Origin: Alphaproteobacteria bacterium
GTDB taxonomy: Bacteria; Pseudomonadota; Alphaproteobacteria; UBA8366; Aestuariispiraceae
Reading direction: 5' to 3'
DNA: 64,000 bases
Assembly (NCBI GenBank): GCA_040222995.1
Contig: JAVKBW010000008.1
Span: forward strand, 12,729 to 76,728
Shown here: piece after piece, positions 20,019-29,908 of the stretch
Layout: each line of letters opens with the position of its first letter
Numbering within the stretch: position 1 is the first letter of the stretch
Program-made: the position numbers and the translations under genes
The notes under the pieces: model-generated
What the model saw: the letters and a program-made list of their open reading frames with translations, nothing else
Told to the model about the DNA's origin: nothing
Database searches by the model: none

Positions 20019-21065
20019 ATGACCGGTTTTGAAAATTGCACCGTTCTTGTGGTCGAGGATCATATGGAAATCCGGACGCTTCTGGCGTCGGTGCTGACCG
20101 CGCTCGGCGTCAGGAATGTCGTCGTCGCCAATAACGGCGCGCAGGCCATCGAGATCATGACCCAGATGCGCCTCAGGCCCGACCTTGCCGGGGTGACGGA
20201 AATCGACGCCATCGTCTCGGACTGGGTCATGGACAATATCGACGGCGCGACCCTGCTGCGATGGGTGCGCCGGCACAAGGATTCCCCCGACCGGTTCATG
20301 CCGTTCCTGATGCTGAGCGCCAATGCCGACGCCGACAGGGTGGAACTCGCCCGCGATCTCGGCGCATCCGACTTCCTGGCCAAACCCTTCACGGCCGCAA
20401 GCCTGGCGGCGCATCTTGTCATCGCGATGACCGACGACCGTCACTATGTGAAGGTCGGCGCCTATTTCGGACCGGACCGGCGCAAACGCATCGAGGATGT
20501 CCCTGCCGAAAAGCGTGATTCCCAGACCCCCTATACCGAAAAGGGCGTCCGCTACTATCCGCCGCCGCGCAGCAAAAGGCGCAAGGTCAGCAGGGATTTC
20601 ATGCCGGCGAAAACGGACCTGGAAACCGTTGAAATGGAACTGGAGGCCTGTACGGAAGACTTCCGGGACTGGATGGAGGCGTATTTCCGGCGTCTCGATG
20701 AGGCCTGCGCACACTGCGCCGGGGCCGACCCGAAACAGCGCGTCAGACCGTTCAACGACATCAACGCGATTTCGCATGAAATGCGCGGCCAGGGCGGCAT
20801 GTTCGGTTATCCGCTGATCACCGACGTGGCCCGGTCGCTGTTCGGTCTGACGCATCTGAACAAGGACAGGTCTGACGGGTGCCTGAAGCTGATCCGCAAC
20901 CATATCGATACGATGAAAGCCATCATGCATGAAAACGTCGAGGGGGATGGCGGCGAAATCGGCATGGAACTGGTGGCGGAACTGAGACGCGCGAACACCC
21001 TGTTTCTGGCCACTACGTCCGTTGAAGGCGCGGTCAGCCGCGACTTTGAAAAGGCCAACCGCTAG
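20019..21065 (+). CDS. Response regulator receiver protein with C-terminal Hpt-like domain
   Basis: The receiver reads VLVVEDHMEIRTLL...IVSDWVMDNIDG...FLAKPF. The C-terminal segment ISHEMRGQGGMFGYPLI resembles the HxxKG Hpt phosphorylation helix. Confidence 0.65.
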   Translation: MTGFENCTVLVVEDHMEIRTLLASVLTALGVRNVVVANNGAQAIEIMTQMRLRPDLAGVTEIDAIVSDWVMDNIDGATLLRWVRRHKDSPDRFMPFLMLSANADADRVELARDLGASDFLAKPFTAASLAAHLVIAMTDDRHYVKVGAYFGPDRRKRIEDVPAEKRDSQTPYTEKGVRYYPPPRSKRRKVSRDFMPAKTDLETVEMELEACTEDFRDWMEAYFRRLDEACAHCAGADPKQRVRPFNDINAISHEMRGQGGMFGYPLITDVARSLFGLTHLNKDRSDGCLKLIRNHIDTMKAIMHENVEGDGGEIGMELVAELRRANTLFLATTSVEGAVSRDFEKANR

Positions 21066-21175
21066 AGCATCGGTCATCCGGCGCGGTTGGAACATCCCGC
21101 GACGCTTCCAGGGTATGGTTTACCCCCGGATTGCGCTGTAAACTCCGGCATCATGAAACGACCCTTTTGCGGAAT

Positions 21176-23986
21176 ATGAATGCCATGACCGACACAGACA
21201 CGAAGACCATCCGTTTCAGCCTCGACGGCCGAGATGTCGAAGCGAAAAACGGCGAAACCATCTGGCAGGTGGCGCAACGCGAAGGCGTTGAAATTCCACA
21301 CCTTTGCTACGCGCCGGAGCCGGGGTACCGGGCCGACGGCAACTGCCGCGCCTGCATGGTGGAAATCGAGGGCGAACGGGTTCTGGCCGCGTCGTGCATC
21401 CGTACGCCGAATGAAGGCATGGTCGTGAAATCGGCGACTGACCGCGCCAAATCGTCCCGCAAGATGGTGTTCGAACTGCTGATCGCCGACCAGCCGGACC
21501 GCAAGGTCGCGCACGAAACCGACAGCAAGTTCTGGACCTGGGCCGACGATGTCGGCATCGCCGACAGCCGCTTCCCGCAGCGCGAGGCCGCTATCCTGTC
21601 GAAACTGGCGACCGACGCCAGCCACCCGGCGATGCGCGTCAATCTGGATGCCTGCATTCACTGCAACCTGTGCGTCCGCGCCTGCCGCGACGTGCAGGTC
21701 AACGATGTCATCGGCATGGCCTATCGCGGTCACGGCGCGAAGATCGTGTTCGATTTCGACGACCCGATGGGCGACAGCACCTGCGTCGCCTGCGGCGAAT
21801 GCGTGCAGGCCTGCCCGACCGGCGCGCTGATGCCGTCAACCCAGGTCGATGAAAATCAGGTCTATACCGGCGGCGCCGACAAGGTGATCAACTCGCTGTG
21901 CCCGTTCTGCGGCGTCGGCTGCCAGACCGAAATTCACGTCAAGGACGGCAAGATCCTGAAGGTCGACGGGCGGGACGGTCCGGCCAACCAGAAGCGGCTT
22001 TGCGTCAAGGGCCGCTTCGGCATGGATTACACCAGCCACAAGGGTCGCCTGACCAAGCCGCTGATCCGCAAGGACGGCGTGCCGAAACGCTGGGATGACG
22101 AGGTCGACCCGGACAACCCCTATACCCATTTCCGCGAGGCAAGCTGGGAAGAAGCCCTGGCCTACACGACCAGAAGCCTGGCCGGCATCCGCGACACCGC
22201 CGGACCGAAGGCTCTGGCCGGGTTCGGCTCCGCCAAGGGATCGAACGAGGAAGCCTATCTGTTCCAGAAACTGGTGCGCACCGGGTTCGGCACCAACAAT
22301 GTCGACCATTGCACGCGGCTGTGCCACGCCTCGTCCGTCGCGGCGCTGATGGAAGGCGTCAGCTCCGGCGCGGTATCCGCCCCGTTCAACGACGCCCTGA
22401 AATCCGATGTCTGCATCATCATCGGCGCGCGGCCGAACCAGAACCACCCGGTCGCGGCCAGCTTCTTCAAGCAGGCGGTCAAGACCGGCACCAAGCTGGT
22501 CATTCTCGACCCGCGGCAGCAGAACATGTCGCGGATGGCGTGGAAGCACCTGCAGTTCAAGCCCGGCGCGGATGTGTCGCTGCTGAACGCGATGATCCAC
22601 ACGATCATCAAAGAAGACCTGATCGACAAGCAGTACGTTCAGGCCAATGTCGACAATTTCGACAAGATCGCCAAGAACATCGAGGGCTTCTCGCCGGAAG
22701 CGATGGAAAAGGTCTGCGGCATTCCGGCCGAGGAAATCCGGGAAGTCGCCCGCGCCTATGCAACGGCGGAACGCGCCATCATCTTCTGGGGCATGGGCAT
22801 TTCGCAGCACGTTCACGGCACCGACAATTCGCGCTGCCTGATCACGCTGGCCGCGATCACCGGCCAGGTCGGCCGCGAAGGCACCGGCCTGCATCCGTTG
22901 CGCGGCCAGAACAACGTGCAGGGCGCGTCCGATGTCGGGCTGATCCCGCATGTTTTCCCGGATTACCAGCTTGTCGAGAACCCCAAGGTTCACCAGTGGT
23001 TCGAGGATTTCTGGGGGTCGAAAATCGACCCGAAACGCGGCCTGACCGTGGTCGAGATCATCAACGCGATCATCGCTGGCGAGATCAGGGGCATGTACAT
23101 CATGGGTGAGAACCCGGCGATGTCGGACCCGGACGCGAAACACGCCCGCGAGGCGCTGGCGAAACTGAACCATCTGGTGGTGCAGGAAATCTTCCTGACC
23201 GAAACCTGCTACTATGCCGACGTGATTCTGCCGGCCTCCGCCTTCGCCGAAAAATGCGGCACGTTTTCCAACACCAACCGCACGGTGCAGATGGCGCGCC
23301 CGGCGCTCGACCCGCCGGGCGAAGCACGGCAGGACTGGGAAATCATCCAGGACATCGCCAACGGCATCGGCCTTAACTGGAGCTACACCCATCCGCGCGA
23401 TGTGTACGAGGAATTCCGCAAGGCGATGCCGTCGATTACCGGCATTTCCTGGGACCGTCTGGAACAGAACGAGGCGGTGACCTATCCGTGCGATTCCGAA
23501 GACGATCCCGGCCAGCCGGTGATTTTCCGCGAAGGTTTCCCGACGCCCAACGGCCGCGCCAACCTGGTGCCGACCCAGCTTGTCCCGCCGGCCGAAGTGC
23601 CGGACGACGACTATCCGATGGTGCTGACCACCGGGCGTCTGCTGGAACACTGGCATACCGGCGCGATGACGCGGCGGTCGGAAATTCTCGACACGATCGA
23701 GCCGGAAGGCGTCGCGCATCTGCATCCGAAGTTCCTCGCCGAGCTGAATGTCACGCCGGGCGACTTCGTGGAGGTGGAAACCCGGCGCGGCCGGGTGCGG
23801 CTGAAGGCCCGCGCCGACCGCGATGTGACGCCGAACATGGTGTTCATTCCGTTCTGCTTCGCGGAAAGCCCGGCCAACATGCTGACCAACCCGCAGCTCG
23901 ATCCGTTCGGCAAGATTCCCGAATTCAAGTATTGCGCGGCGAAGGTCGAAAAGTCGGCGGAACAGGCGCCCATCGCGGCGGAGTAA
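21176..23986 (+). CDS. fdsA: NAD-dependent formate dehydrogenase alpha subunit (molybdopterin, Cys type)
   Basis: N-terminal 2Fe-2S (DGNCRACMVEIEG), 4Fe-4S clusters (CIHCNLCVRAC, CVACGECVQACP, CPFCGVGC) and a molybdopterin domain. HCTRLCHASSV has Cys at the Sec/Cys position. Confidence 0.9.
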   Translation: MNAMTDTDTKTIRFSLDGRDVEAKNGETIWQVAQREGVEIPHLCYAPEPGYRADGNCRACMVEIEGERVLAASCIRTPNEGMVVKSATDRAKSSRKMVFELLIADQPDRKVAHETDSKFWTWADDVGIADSRFPQREAAILSKLATDASHPAMRVNLDACIHCNLCVRACRDVQVNDVIGMAYRGHGAKIVFDFDDPMGDSTCVACGECVQACPTGALMPSTQVDENQVYTGGADKVINSLCPFCGVGCQTEIHVKDGKILKVDGRDGPANQKRLCVKGRFGMDYTSHKGRLTKPLIRKDGVPKRWDDEVDPDNPYTHFREASWEEALAYTTRSLAGIRDTAGPKALAGFGSAKGSNEEAYLFQKLVRTGFGTNNVDHCTRLCHASSVAALMEGVSSGAVSAPFNDALKSDVCIIIGARPNQNHPVAASFFKQAVKTGTKLVILDPRQQNMSRMAWKHLQFKPGADVSLLNAMIHTIIKEDLIDKQYVQANVDNFDKIAKNIEGFSPEAMEKVCGIPAEEIREVARAYATAERAIIFWGMGISQHVHGTDNSRCLITLAAITGQVGREGTGLHPLRGQNNVQGASDVGLIPHVFPDYQLVENPKVHQWFEDFWGSKIDPKRGLTVVEIINAIIAGEIRGMYIMGENPAMSDPDAKHAREALAKLNHLVVQEIFLTETCYYADVILPASAFAEKCGTFSNTNRTVQMARPALDPPGEARQDWEIIQDIANGIGLNWSYTHPRDVYEEFRKAMPSITGISWDRLEQNEAVTYPCDSEDDPGQPVIFREGFPTPNGRANLVPTQLVPPAEVPDDDYPMVLTTGRLLEHWHTGAMTRRSEILDTIEPEGVAHLHPKFLAELNVTPGDFVEVETRRGRVRLKARADRDVTPNMVFIPFCFAESPANMLTNPQLDPFGKIPEFKYCAAKVEKSAEQAPIAAE

Positions 23987-24004
23987 TGATTGCTAGTCAT
24001 CCGC

Positions 24005-24127
24005 CCACCCTCACCCTCCGCCTGCTTGCGCAGGCTCCCCCCTCTCCCGCCGGCGGGCGAGGGATTGGTATGCGTGACCACTGAGCCCCTTCTCCCGCTG
24101 GCGGGAGAAGGTTGGGATGAGGGTGGT
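24005..24127. repeat. Composite palindromic intergenic element, copy 1 (about 120 nt, 3 internal hairpins, terminal inverted repeats)
   Basis: CCACCCTCACCCTC...GGGATGAGGGTGG termini enclose the hairpins GCCTGCttgcGCAGGC, a CTCTCCCGC/GCGGGCGAGGG-type stem and CTTCTCCCGCtggcGGGAGAAG. It is near-identical to 31939-32058 and, inverted, to 27426-27533. Confidence 0.85.
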
Positions 24128-24151
24128 TGTTTTCGTTTGATCATTGCTGAT

Positions 24152-24171
24152 TCCCGGATTTGATCCGGGAT
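24152..24171. repeat. REP-like hairpin
   Basis: TCCCGGAtttgaTCCGGGA, the same family as 18481-18499 and 31900-31918. Confidence 0.55.
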
Positions 24172-24189
24172 CTTTTCGAGAGTGAAACC

Positions 24190-24537
24190 ATGACGACAAA
24201 ACCGGACCGCCCCAACCCGCTGAAGCTCAACAAGCTGCAACTGAAAACCCTGGTGCTGGCGCAGATCCTGATCAAGGAAGGCGACCAGGGCGAGGAAGAC
24301 CCGGAAACCGGCGACGTGACCCTGCGCGCCATCCCGCATGCGCATGGCGACCATGTGCATCTGGGGCCGTATACGGTGTCTTCGCGGGATATCAGCGGGT
24401 TCACCAACCCGGCGGTCTGGGTCGCGTTGATGCGCAAGGGCCTCGCCCGCGGCGGCCCGCCGATCACGCTCACCAAAGAAGGCGTCACCTACAATACCGG
24501 CCTCGACAGCAAGTTCGCTGAAGTCAGCGATCACTAA
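24190..24537 (+). CDS. Hypothetical protein (115 aa)
   Basis: ORF with coding-like composition and an ATG at 24190. I recognised no motif. Confidence 0.5.
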   Translation: MTTKPDRPNPLKLNKLQLKTLVLAQILIKEGDQGEEDPETGDVTLRAIPHAHGDHVHLGPYTVSSRDISGFTNPAVWVALMRKGLARGGPPITLTKEGVTYNTGLDSKFAEVSDH

Positions 24538-24744
24538 GACACAACAACCCAAAGCAGAATCAGGCAAGTCTTTTGGGGGATCGGTCATCGCTTCCCCGTT
24601 GCCGCTGCGCGCAACCCGCCTTATCTGTTTAGGCAGGGAGGCGGGGAACTGCCGTTTTTCATCGGACCGGCGTTAATCCGGTTGCGATGCCTGTATTTCA
24701 GCCCCCGCCCGTTTCAGCAGTTTTAATCAAGGAAAGGATTTTCC

Positions 24745-25206
24745 ATGCCTGTTTCCTTTACCCTTAACGGCAAGCCGGTATCGGTGGATATCGACCCGGA
24801 AACGCCGCTTCTGTGGGTCGTGCGCGACGAGTTGCGCCTGACCGGGTCCAAATTCGGCTGCGGCATCGCGCAATGCGGCGCCTGCACCATGCATGTCGAC
24901 GGCTACGCCCAGCGAACCTGCGTTCTGCCCATCGAGGCCGTCGAAGGGTCGGACGTCACCACCATCGAAGGCATCGAAGGCCGCGAGGCGGAGGCAATCC
25001 AGGCGGCGTGGCGCGCAATCGACGTGCCGCAATGCGGCTACTGCCAGTCCGGCCAGATCATGAGCGCGGTCGGTCTGCTGAAAGACAACCCCTCGCCCTC
25101 CGATCAGGATATCGACGACGCAATGGCCGGCAATCTCTGTCGCTGCGCGACCTACCACCGTATCCGCCAGGCGATCCACACCGCCGCCGACACAATGAAA
25201 GGGTAA
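24745..25206 (+). CDS. iorA: (2Fe-2S)-binding small subunit of an IorAB/aldehyde-oxidase-type molybdoenzyme
   Basis: GCGIAQCGACTMHVDG and CGYCQSGQIM...GNLCRCATY are the two [2Fe-2S] motifs of xanthine-dehydrogenase-family small subunits. Confidence 0.85.
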   Translation: MPVSFTLNGKPVSVDIDPETPLLWVVRDELRLTGSKFGCGIAQCGACTMHVDGYAQRTCVLPIEAVEGSDVTTIEGIEGREAEAIQAAWRAIDVPQCGYCQSGQIMSAVGLLKDNPSPSDQDIDDAMAGNLCRCATYHRIRQAIHTAADTMKG

Positions 25207-25211
25207 GCATC

Positions 25212-27419
25212 ATGAACGCGATCCCCAAAACACCCAATCTCAGCCGCCGTGCCGTTCTGACCGGCATCGGCGGGCTTGCCGCCGGCCTGACGCTCGGCGT
25301 CTGGCTGCCGAAACTGGCGAAAGCGCAGTCCGGCATCGTCGACGCCCCCGCCGATCCGTCGAAAGTTTTCACGGCGAACGCCTTCATCCAGGTCGGCATC
25401 GACGACACCGTCACCGTGCTGATCAAGCATATCGAATTCGGCCAGGGGCCGTTCACCGGCCTGACCACGCTGGTCGCCGAGGAAATGGATGCGGACTGGA
25501 GCCAGATGCGCGCCACCCATGCGCCGGCGGACGTTTCCAAATACGTCAACAAGCTGTTCGGCATGCAGGGCACCGGCGGGTCGACCGCCATGGCGTCGAG
25601 TTTCACCGTGATGCGCGAGGCCGGCGCCGCCGCCCGCGCCATGCTGGTTGAAGCCGCCGCCGATGAATGGGGCGTGCCGGCATCTGAAATCACCATTTCG
25701 AAAGGCGTTGTCAGCCATCAGGCATCGGGCAGAACCATCGGCTTCGGTGCGCTGTCGCCGAAAGCGGCCATGGTGCCGGTTCCCGAAACCGTCACGCTGA
25801 AGGACCCGAAAGATTTCGTCTTCATCGGCAAGGACATGCCGAAGCTGGATACCTTCGCGAAGACAACCGGCGAAGCGACCTTCACGCAGGATGTCTTCCG
25901 CTTCGGCATGATCGTCGCCGCTGTCGCCCACCCGCCGGCCTTCGGCGCGACCGTCAAAAGCTTTGACGCGACGGACACCCTGAAGGTTCGCGATGTGATT
26001 GAGGTGAAGCAGATTCCGACCGGCGTCGCCGTCTACGCCCGGCACACCTTCGCCGCCTTCAAGGGCCGCGACGCCCTGAAAGTGGAGTGGGATACTTCTG
26101 CCGCCGAAACCCGGTCGTCGAAACAGATGATCGCGGACTACAAAAAAGCGACCGAAAAGAAGGGGCTCGTCGCCGCCGAGATCGGCGTCGTCGACAAACG
26201 GATGGAACACGAGGAGACCGTTCATGAAGCGGTCTACGAGTTTCCGTTTCTGGCCCATGCGCCGATGGAGCCGCTGGACGGCGTTATCGAACGGCGCGGC
26301 GACGAGGTCGAAGCCTGGCTGGGCAGCCAGATCCAGACCATGGATCACGGCACCATCGCCGGTGTGATGGGGCTGAAACCCGAACAGGTGCAGGTGCATA
26401 CCATGCTGGCCGGCGGGTCGTTCGGCCGTCGCGCCCAGCCGGATTCCGGTTTCGCGGCGGAACTGGCCTCGGTGCTGAAAGCCACCGACCAGGAAAAGGC
26501 GGTGAAGCTGGTCTGGTCGCGCGAGGACGATATTCGCGGCGGCCGCTACCGACCGCTCGGCGTGCATCGGCTGAAAGGCGCCATCGACAAGGACGGCAAC
26601 ATTTCCGGCTGGGACCAGACCATCGCCATCCAGTCGATCATGATGGGAACCGGCTTCGAGGACTTCATGGTGCGCGACGGCATCGACGCCACCTCCGTCG
26701 AGGGTGCGTCCGACATGCCCTACCGGATTTCCGATGTCCGGGTCAGCGTTCACAACATGCAGAACGGCGTGCCGCCTTTGTGGTGGCGGTCGGTCGGCCA
26801 CACCCACACGGCCTTCGCGGTCGAGGTGTTTCTGGACGAACTGCTGCGCATCGCCGGGCGTGACCCGCTACAGGCACGTCTCGACATGATGGGCGTTGAA
26901 TTCGTCCGCGAAAGGGCGGTGCTGGAACGGGTCGCCGATCTCGCCGATTGGGGCGGGCCGGTGCCGGAAGGCCGGGCCCGGGGCGTCGCGGTGCACAAAA
27001 GCTTCAACTCCTACGTCGCCCAGGTGGCCGAGGTGTCGCAGGGCGAGGAAGACGGCGTGCCGCGCGTTCACAAGGTCTGGTGCGCGGTCGATTGCGGCAT
27101 CCCGGTCAACCCGAACGTCATCCGGGCGCAAATGGAAGGCGGCATCGGCTACGGCCTCGGCCACATCCTGTACGGGTCGATCGACCTGGAGGAAGGCGGC
27201 GCGGTGCGGCAGTCGAATTTCGACGAATACCGGTCGCTGCGCATCAACGAAATGCCGGAGGTGGACGTCGCGATCATCGACAGCACCGAACCGCCGACCG
27301 GCGTTGGCGAGCCCGGCACCCCGCCGGTCGGCGCGGCCGTCGCCAATGCCTGGATTGCCCTGACCGGCCAGCGCATCCGACGCCTGCCCTTCACCGCCAA
27401 CCAGACGGTGAGCGGGTAA
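25212..27419 (+). CDS. iorB: Molybdopterin-binding large subunit (isoquinoline 1-oxidoreductase beta-like) with Tat signal
   Basis: The ATG at 25212 gives MNAIPKTPNLSRRAVLTGIGGLAAGL..., a twin-arginine signal. The body matches the aldehyde oxidase/xanthine dehydrogenase a/b hammerhead and Moco domains. The upstream part of the track ORF (from 24813) overlaps iorA and was rejected. Confidence 0.85.
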   Translation: MNAIPKTPNLSRRAVLTGIGGLAAGLTLGVWLPKLAKAQSGIVDAPADPSKVFTANAFIQVGIDDTVTVLIKHIEFGQGPFTGLTTLVAEEMDADWSQMRATHAPADVSKYVNKLFGMQGTGGSTAMASSFTVMREAGAAARAMLVEAAADEWGVPASEITISKGVVSHQASGRTIGFGALSPKAAMVPVPETVTLKDPKDFVFIGKDMPKLDTFAKTTGEATFTQDVFRFGMIVAAVAHPPAFGATVKSFDATDTLKVRDVIEVKQIPTGVAVYARHTFAAFKGRDALKVEWDTSAAETRSSKQMIADYKKATEKKGLVAAEIGVVDKRMEHEETVHEAVYEFPFLAHAPMEPLDGVIERRGDEVEAWLGSQIQTMDHGTIAGVMGLKPEQVQVHTMLAGGSFGRRAQPDSGFAAELASVLKATDQEKAVKLVWSREDDIRGGRYRPLGVHRLKGAIDKDGNISGWDQTIAIQSIMMGTGFEDFMVRDGIDATSVEGASDMPYRISDVRVSVHNMQNGVPPLWWRSVGHTHTAFAVEVFLDELLRIAGRDPLQARLDMMGVEFVRERAVLERVADLADWGGPVPEGRARGVAVHKSFNSYVAQVAEVSQGEEDGVPRVHKVWCAVDCGIPVNPNVIRAQMEGGIGYGLGHILYGSIDLEEGGAVRQSNFDEYRSLRINEMPEVDVAIIDSTEPPTGVGEPGTPPVGAAVANAWIALTGQRIRRLPFTANQTVSG

Positions 27420-27425
27420 GAAGGT

Positions 27426-27533
27426 CCACCCTCATCCCGACCTTCTCCCGCCGGCGGGAGAAGGGGTTGGTTGTCCCTCTCCTGCTTGCGGGAGAGGGAA
27501 GAGCCTGCTCGAAGCAGGCGAAGGGTGAGGGTG
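27426..27533. repeat. Composite palindromic intergenic element, copy 2 (inverted relative to copies 1 and 3)
   Basis: CCACCCTCATCCCGACCTTCTCCCGCcggcGGGAGAAGG...AGCCTGCtcgaaGCAGGCGAAGGGTGAGGGTG. It starts 7 nt after the iorB stop. Confidence 0.85.
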
Positions 27534-27538
27534 TCGGT

Positions 27539-28441
27539 TTAAGAAATATGCATCTCAACCGGCGCTTTCGCGTCCGACGGCGCGATGCCGAAATGCCGCT
27601 TGAAGTCGCGGCTGAACTGCGACGGGCTTTCATAGCCGACCTGGTTGGCGGCGACCCCCGCCCGCATTCTTTCGAACATGATCAGGTCGCGCGCCTTGTC
27701 CAGCCGCACTTTCTTGATGTACTGCACCGGGGATGACGCCGTTACCTGCTTGAACGCCCGGTGGAACGCGGACGCGCTCATGCTGGCTTCCGAGGCCAGC
27801 TCATCGACCGTCATGGTGCGGGCGTAATCCCGGTGAATGACGTTCAGCGCTTTCGACACGCGGGCATAGTGTTCGTCGTGCCGGGTCAGTTCGTACAGGG
27901 ATTTTCCGTTCGGCCCGGTCAGCGCGCGGTACATCAGTTCGCGCAGGATGGATTTTCCCAGCACCCGGCAGTCGAGCGGCGATGTCAGGCAGGTGAGCAG
28001 CCGGCACACCGTATCGCGCATCGCATCGTCGAACGGAATCGGCACGACGCCCCGGCCCAGCGCCTTTTCAGTGCAGGCGCCGTTGCAGGGCGTTTTCATT
28101 TCCACCACCAGTTCCCGCAAATCGGCGATATCGAGGCTGACGAACAGGCCGAAGACCGGTTCTTCCGGCGTCGCCATGCTTTCGCATTCGAACGGCACCG
28201 GCACGCTGAGGCTGAGATAGGTGGACGCATCGTAGGTAAACGTCTCGCCGCCCAGATAGCCGGTCTTTCTGCCCTGCAGGATGAACACCAGCCCGGCATT
28301 GTAGACCAGCGGCGTGCAGGCCATCGATTCCGTCGACCAGAACAGCGTGACGCCGTCGACATCGGTCTGTTTCTTGCCGACGCCCGGCATGAAACCGTAG
28401 TGCCGCTTCAGATCCGGCAGATAGGGTGAAAAATGTGTCAT
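27539..28441 (-). CDS. AraC-family transcriptional regulator
   Basis: The C-terminal double HTH reads TVDELASEASMSASAFHRAFKQVTASSPVQYIKKVRLDKARDLI...VGYESPSQFSRDFKRHFG. ATG at 28441. Confidence 0.85.
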   Translation of the reverse strand: MTHFSPYLPDLKRHYGFMPGVGKKQTDVDGVTLFWSTESMACTPLVYNAGLVFILQGRKTGYLGGETFTYDASTYLSLSVPVPFECESMATPEEPVFGLFVSLDIADLRELVVEMKTPCNGACTEKALGRGVVPIPFDDAMRDTVCRLLTCLTSPLDCRVLGKSILRELMYRALTGPNGKSLYELTRHDEHYARVSKALNVIHRDYARTMTVDELASEASMSASAFHRAFKQVTASSPVQYIKKVRLDKARDLIMFERMRAGVAANQVGYESPSQFSRDFKRHFGIAPSDAKAPVEMHIS

Positions 28442-28605
28442 GGCAGGATTATATAGGAACCTTCTCCCAAAACATCCATTACGGCGGCAACGGTAGCAGG
28501 AATAGGCAAGTTTTTTGCAGGAATGGTCCTGAGCCGGGACTCTTTCATACACATGAAAAGAGAAGCCCTTGCGAAAGCCGGCGAATAATCGGCTAAACTC
28601 CCCCC

Positions 28606-29841
28606 ATGCGTCTCCTGATTTTTCTCTGTCTCGTTCTTTCGGCCTGCGCCGGTGCGCCGGTGGAACAATCGCCGCCGCCCATCGCGGTGTCGTATCATGT
28701 TGTGGCCGTCGATGACGCCGCTGATTCCTTCGGCGACGGATCGGACAGGCCGGTCCTGCCCGCCTCCACCGCGAAGCTGATGACGGCCCTGGCGGTGCTG
28801 GATTTCGCGCCGCCGAACGCCACCTTCAAGACCCATCTGTGCCGCAACGGCGATACGCTGGCGCTGCTGGGTGGCGGCGACCCGTCCTTCGATGTCGAGG
28901 ACATGCTGGCGCTGGCGATGAAGGCGCAGGACGATCTGGACGGTGTTACCGCCTTCACTTACGCCCCGGCCGGTCTTTACGGGTCGATCAACAGCCGACA
29001 GCCGGCGGATGCCGCCTACAATCCGCAACTGGCGCATCTGATGGTGGCCGAGGGGGCGTATCGCGGCCACCGAGCGGAAGACGGCAGCGGCTGGACCGTA
29101 CCCGACGGCGCGCCCATTCCCGCCGAACCGGGCACTGACTGGTACGCCCATTCCGATCCGCCGCGCCAGGCCGCTGACCTGTTCCGGTTTTACGCGCAAG
29201 GACTGGGCATCGACCTGCCCGCGCCGCAGCCCGGCGAGATCGAATGCGACCGGCTGATCGCCCGGCAGGACAGCCCGCCTTTGTCGGCCCTTGTCGGCGA
29301 GATGCTATGGACGTCGAGCAACCCGATGGCGGAAATGCTGGGCCGCTTCACCCTCGGCGTGCCGGATGCCGGCCAGTGGCTTGAGTTCCGGCATCCGGAG
29401 ATTTCCGGCTTCGCGTTGACCAACTTTTCCGGCCTCGATGCGGCATCAAGGCTGACCCCGCGCGCCATGGCGACGCTGCTGGCGACGGAAGCCGGGCGCG
29501 TTGCGGGCGACACACCGTTTCCCGCGATGCTGACGCCGGCCGGATGGGACGGCGGCCTGAAACACCGGATGCAGGAACCGCCGCTCGCCCTCGCTGTGTG
29601 GGCCAAGACCGGCACGATGCAGTACGGCGTCGGGCTTGCGGGGTATCTGATGGTGCCCGGCAAGGGGCTGCACGCCGTGGCGCTTTACGCGTTCGACGAG
29701 GAAAAGCGCCGGGTCTACGATGCCGCCGTGCTCGATCCCTCGCCGGAAATGGAAGCCGACGCGAAGGCCTGGCGCGACCGGGCAAGGGCCGCCATCGACG
29801 CCACCGCCGGACAGATCTACGAACGGCTATTGGCCAACTAA
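28606..29841 (+). CDS. PBP4-family (peptidase S13) D-Ala-D-Ala carboxypeptidase/endopeptidase-like lipoprotein
   Basis: Lipobox LVLSAC. SxxK (PASTAKLM), an SGLD-type motif (NFSGLDAASRLTP) and KTG (AKTGTM) are present. Confidence 0.7.
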   Translation: MRLLIFLCLVLSACAGAPVEQSPPPIAVSYHVVAVDDAADSFGDGSDRPVLPASTAKLMTALAVLDFAPPNATFKTHLCRNGDTLALLGGGDPSFDVEDMLALAMKAQDDLDGVTAFTYAPAGLYGSINSRQPADAAYNPQLAHLMVAEGAYRGHRAEDGSGWTVPDGAPIPAEPGTDWYAHSDPPRQAADLFRFYAQGLGIDLPAPQPGEIECDRLIARQDSPPLSALVGEMLWTSSNPMAEMLGRFTLGVPDAGQWLEFRHPEISGFALTNFSGLDAASRLTPRAMATLLATEAGRVAGDTPFPAMLTPAGWDGGLKHRMQEPPLALAVWAKTGTMQYGVGLAGYLMVPGKGLHAVALYAFDEEKRRVYDAAVLDPSPEMEADAKAWRDRARAAIDATAGQIYERLLAN

Positions 29842-29908
29842 CCGCTGGCAGGCTGCACGCGAATCCCCGCATCGTGACCGTCATCTTTTGCAATGACGGG
29901 TCCGCCCC

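Noticed and set aside
24011-24199. Small ORFs translating the repeats (24011-24199, 27391-27633, 31680-32066; peptides such as LIPTFSRQREKG / PSPAGGRGGS)
   Set aside because: They are read-throughs of the palindromic repeat family on both strands. The same peptides arise from every copy regardless of orientation, so they are not genes.
24813-25211. N-terminal 133-aa extension of the iorB ORF in the track
   Set aside because: The extension overlaps iorA in another frame and is Arg-rich nonsense. A twin-arginine signal peptide begins at the ATG at 25212, 5 nt after the iorA stop.
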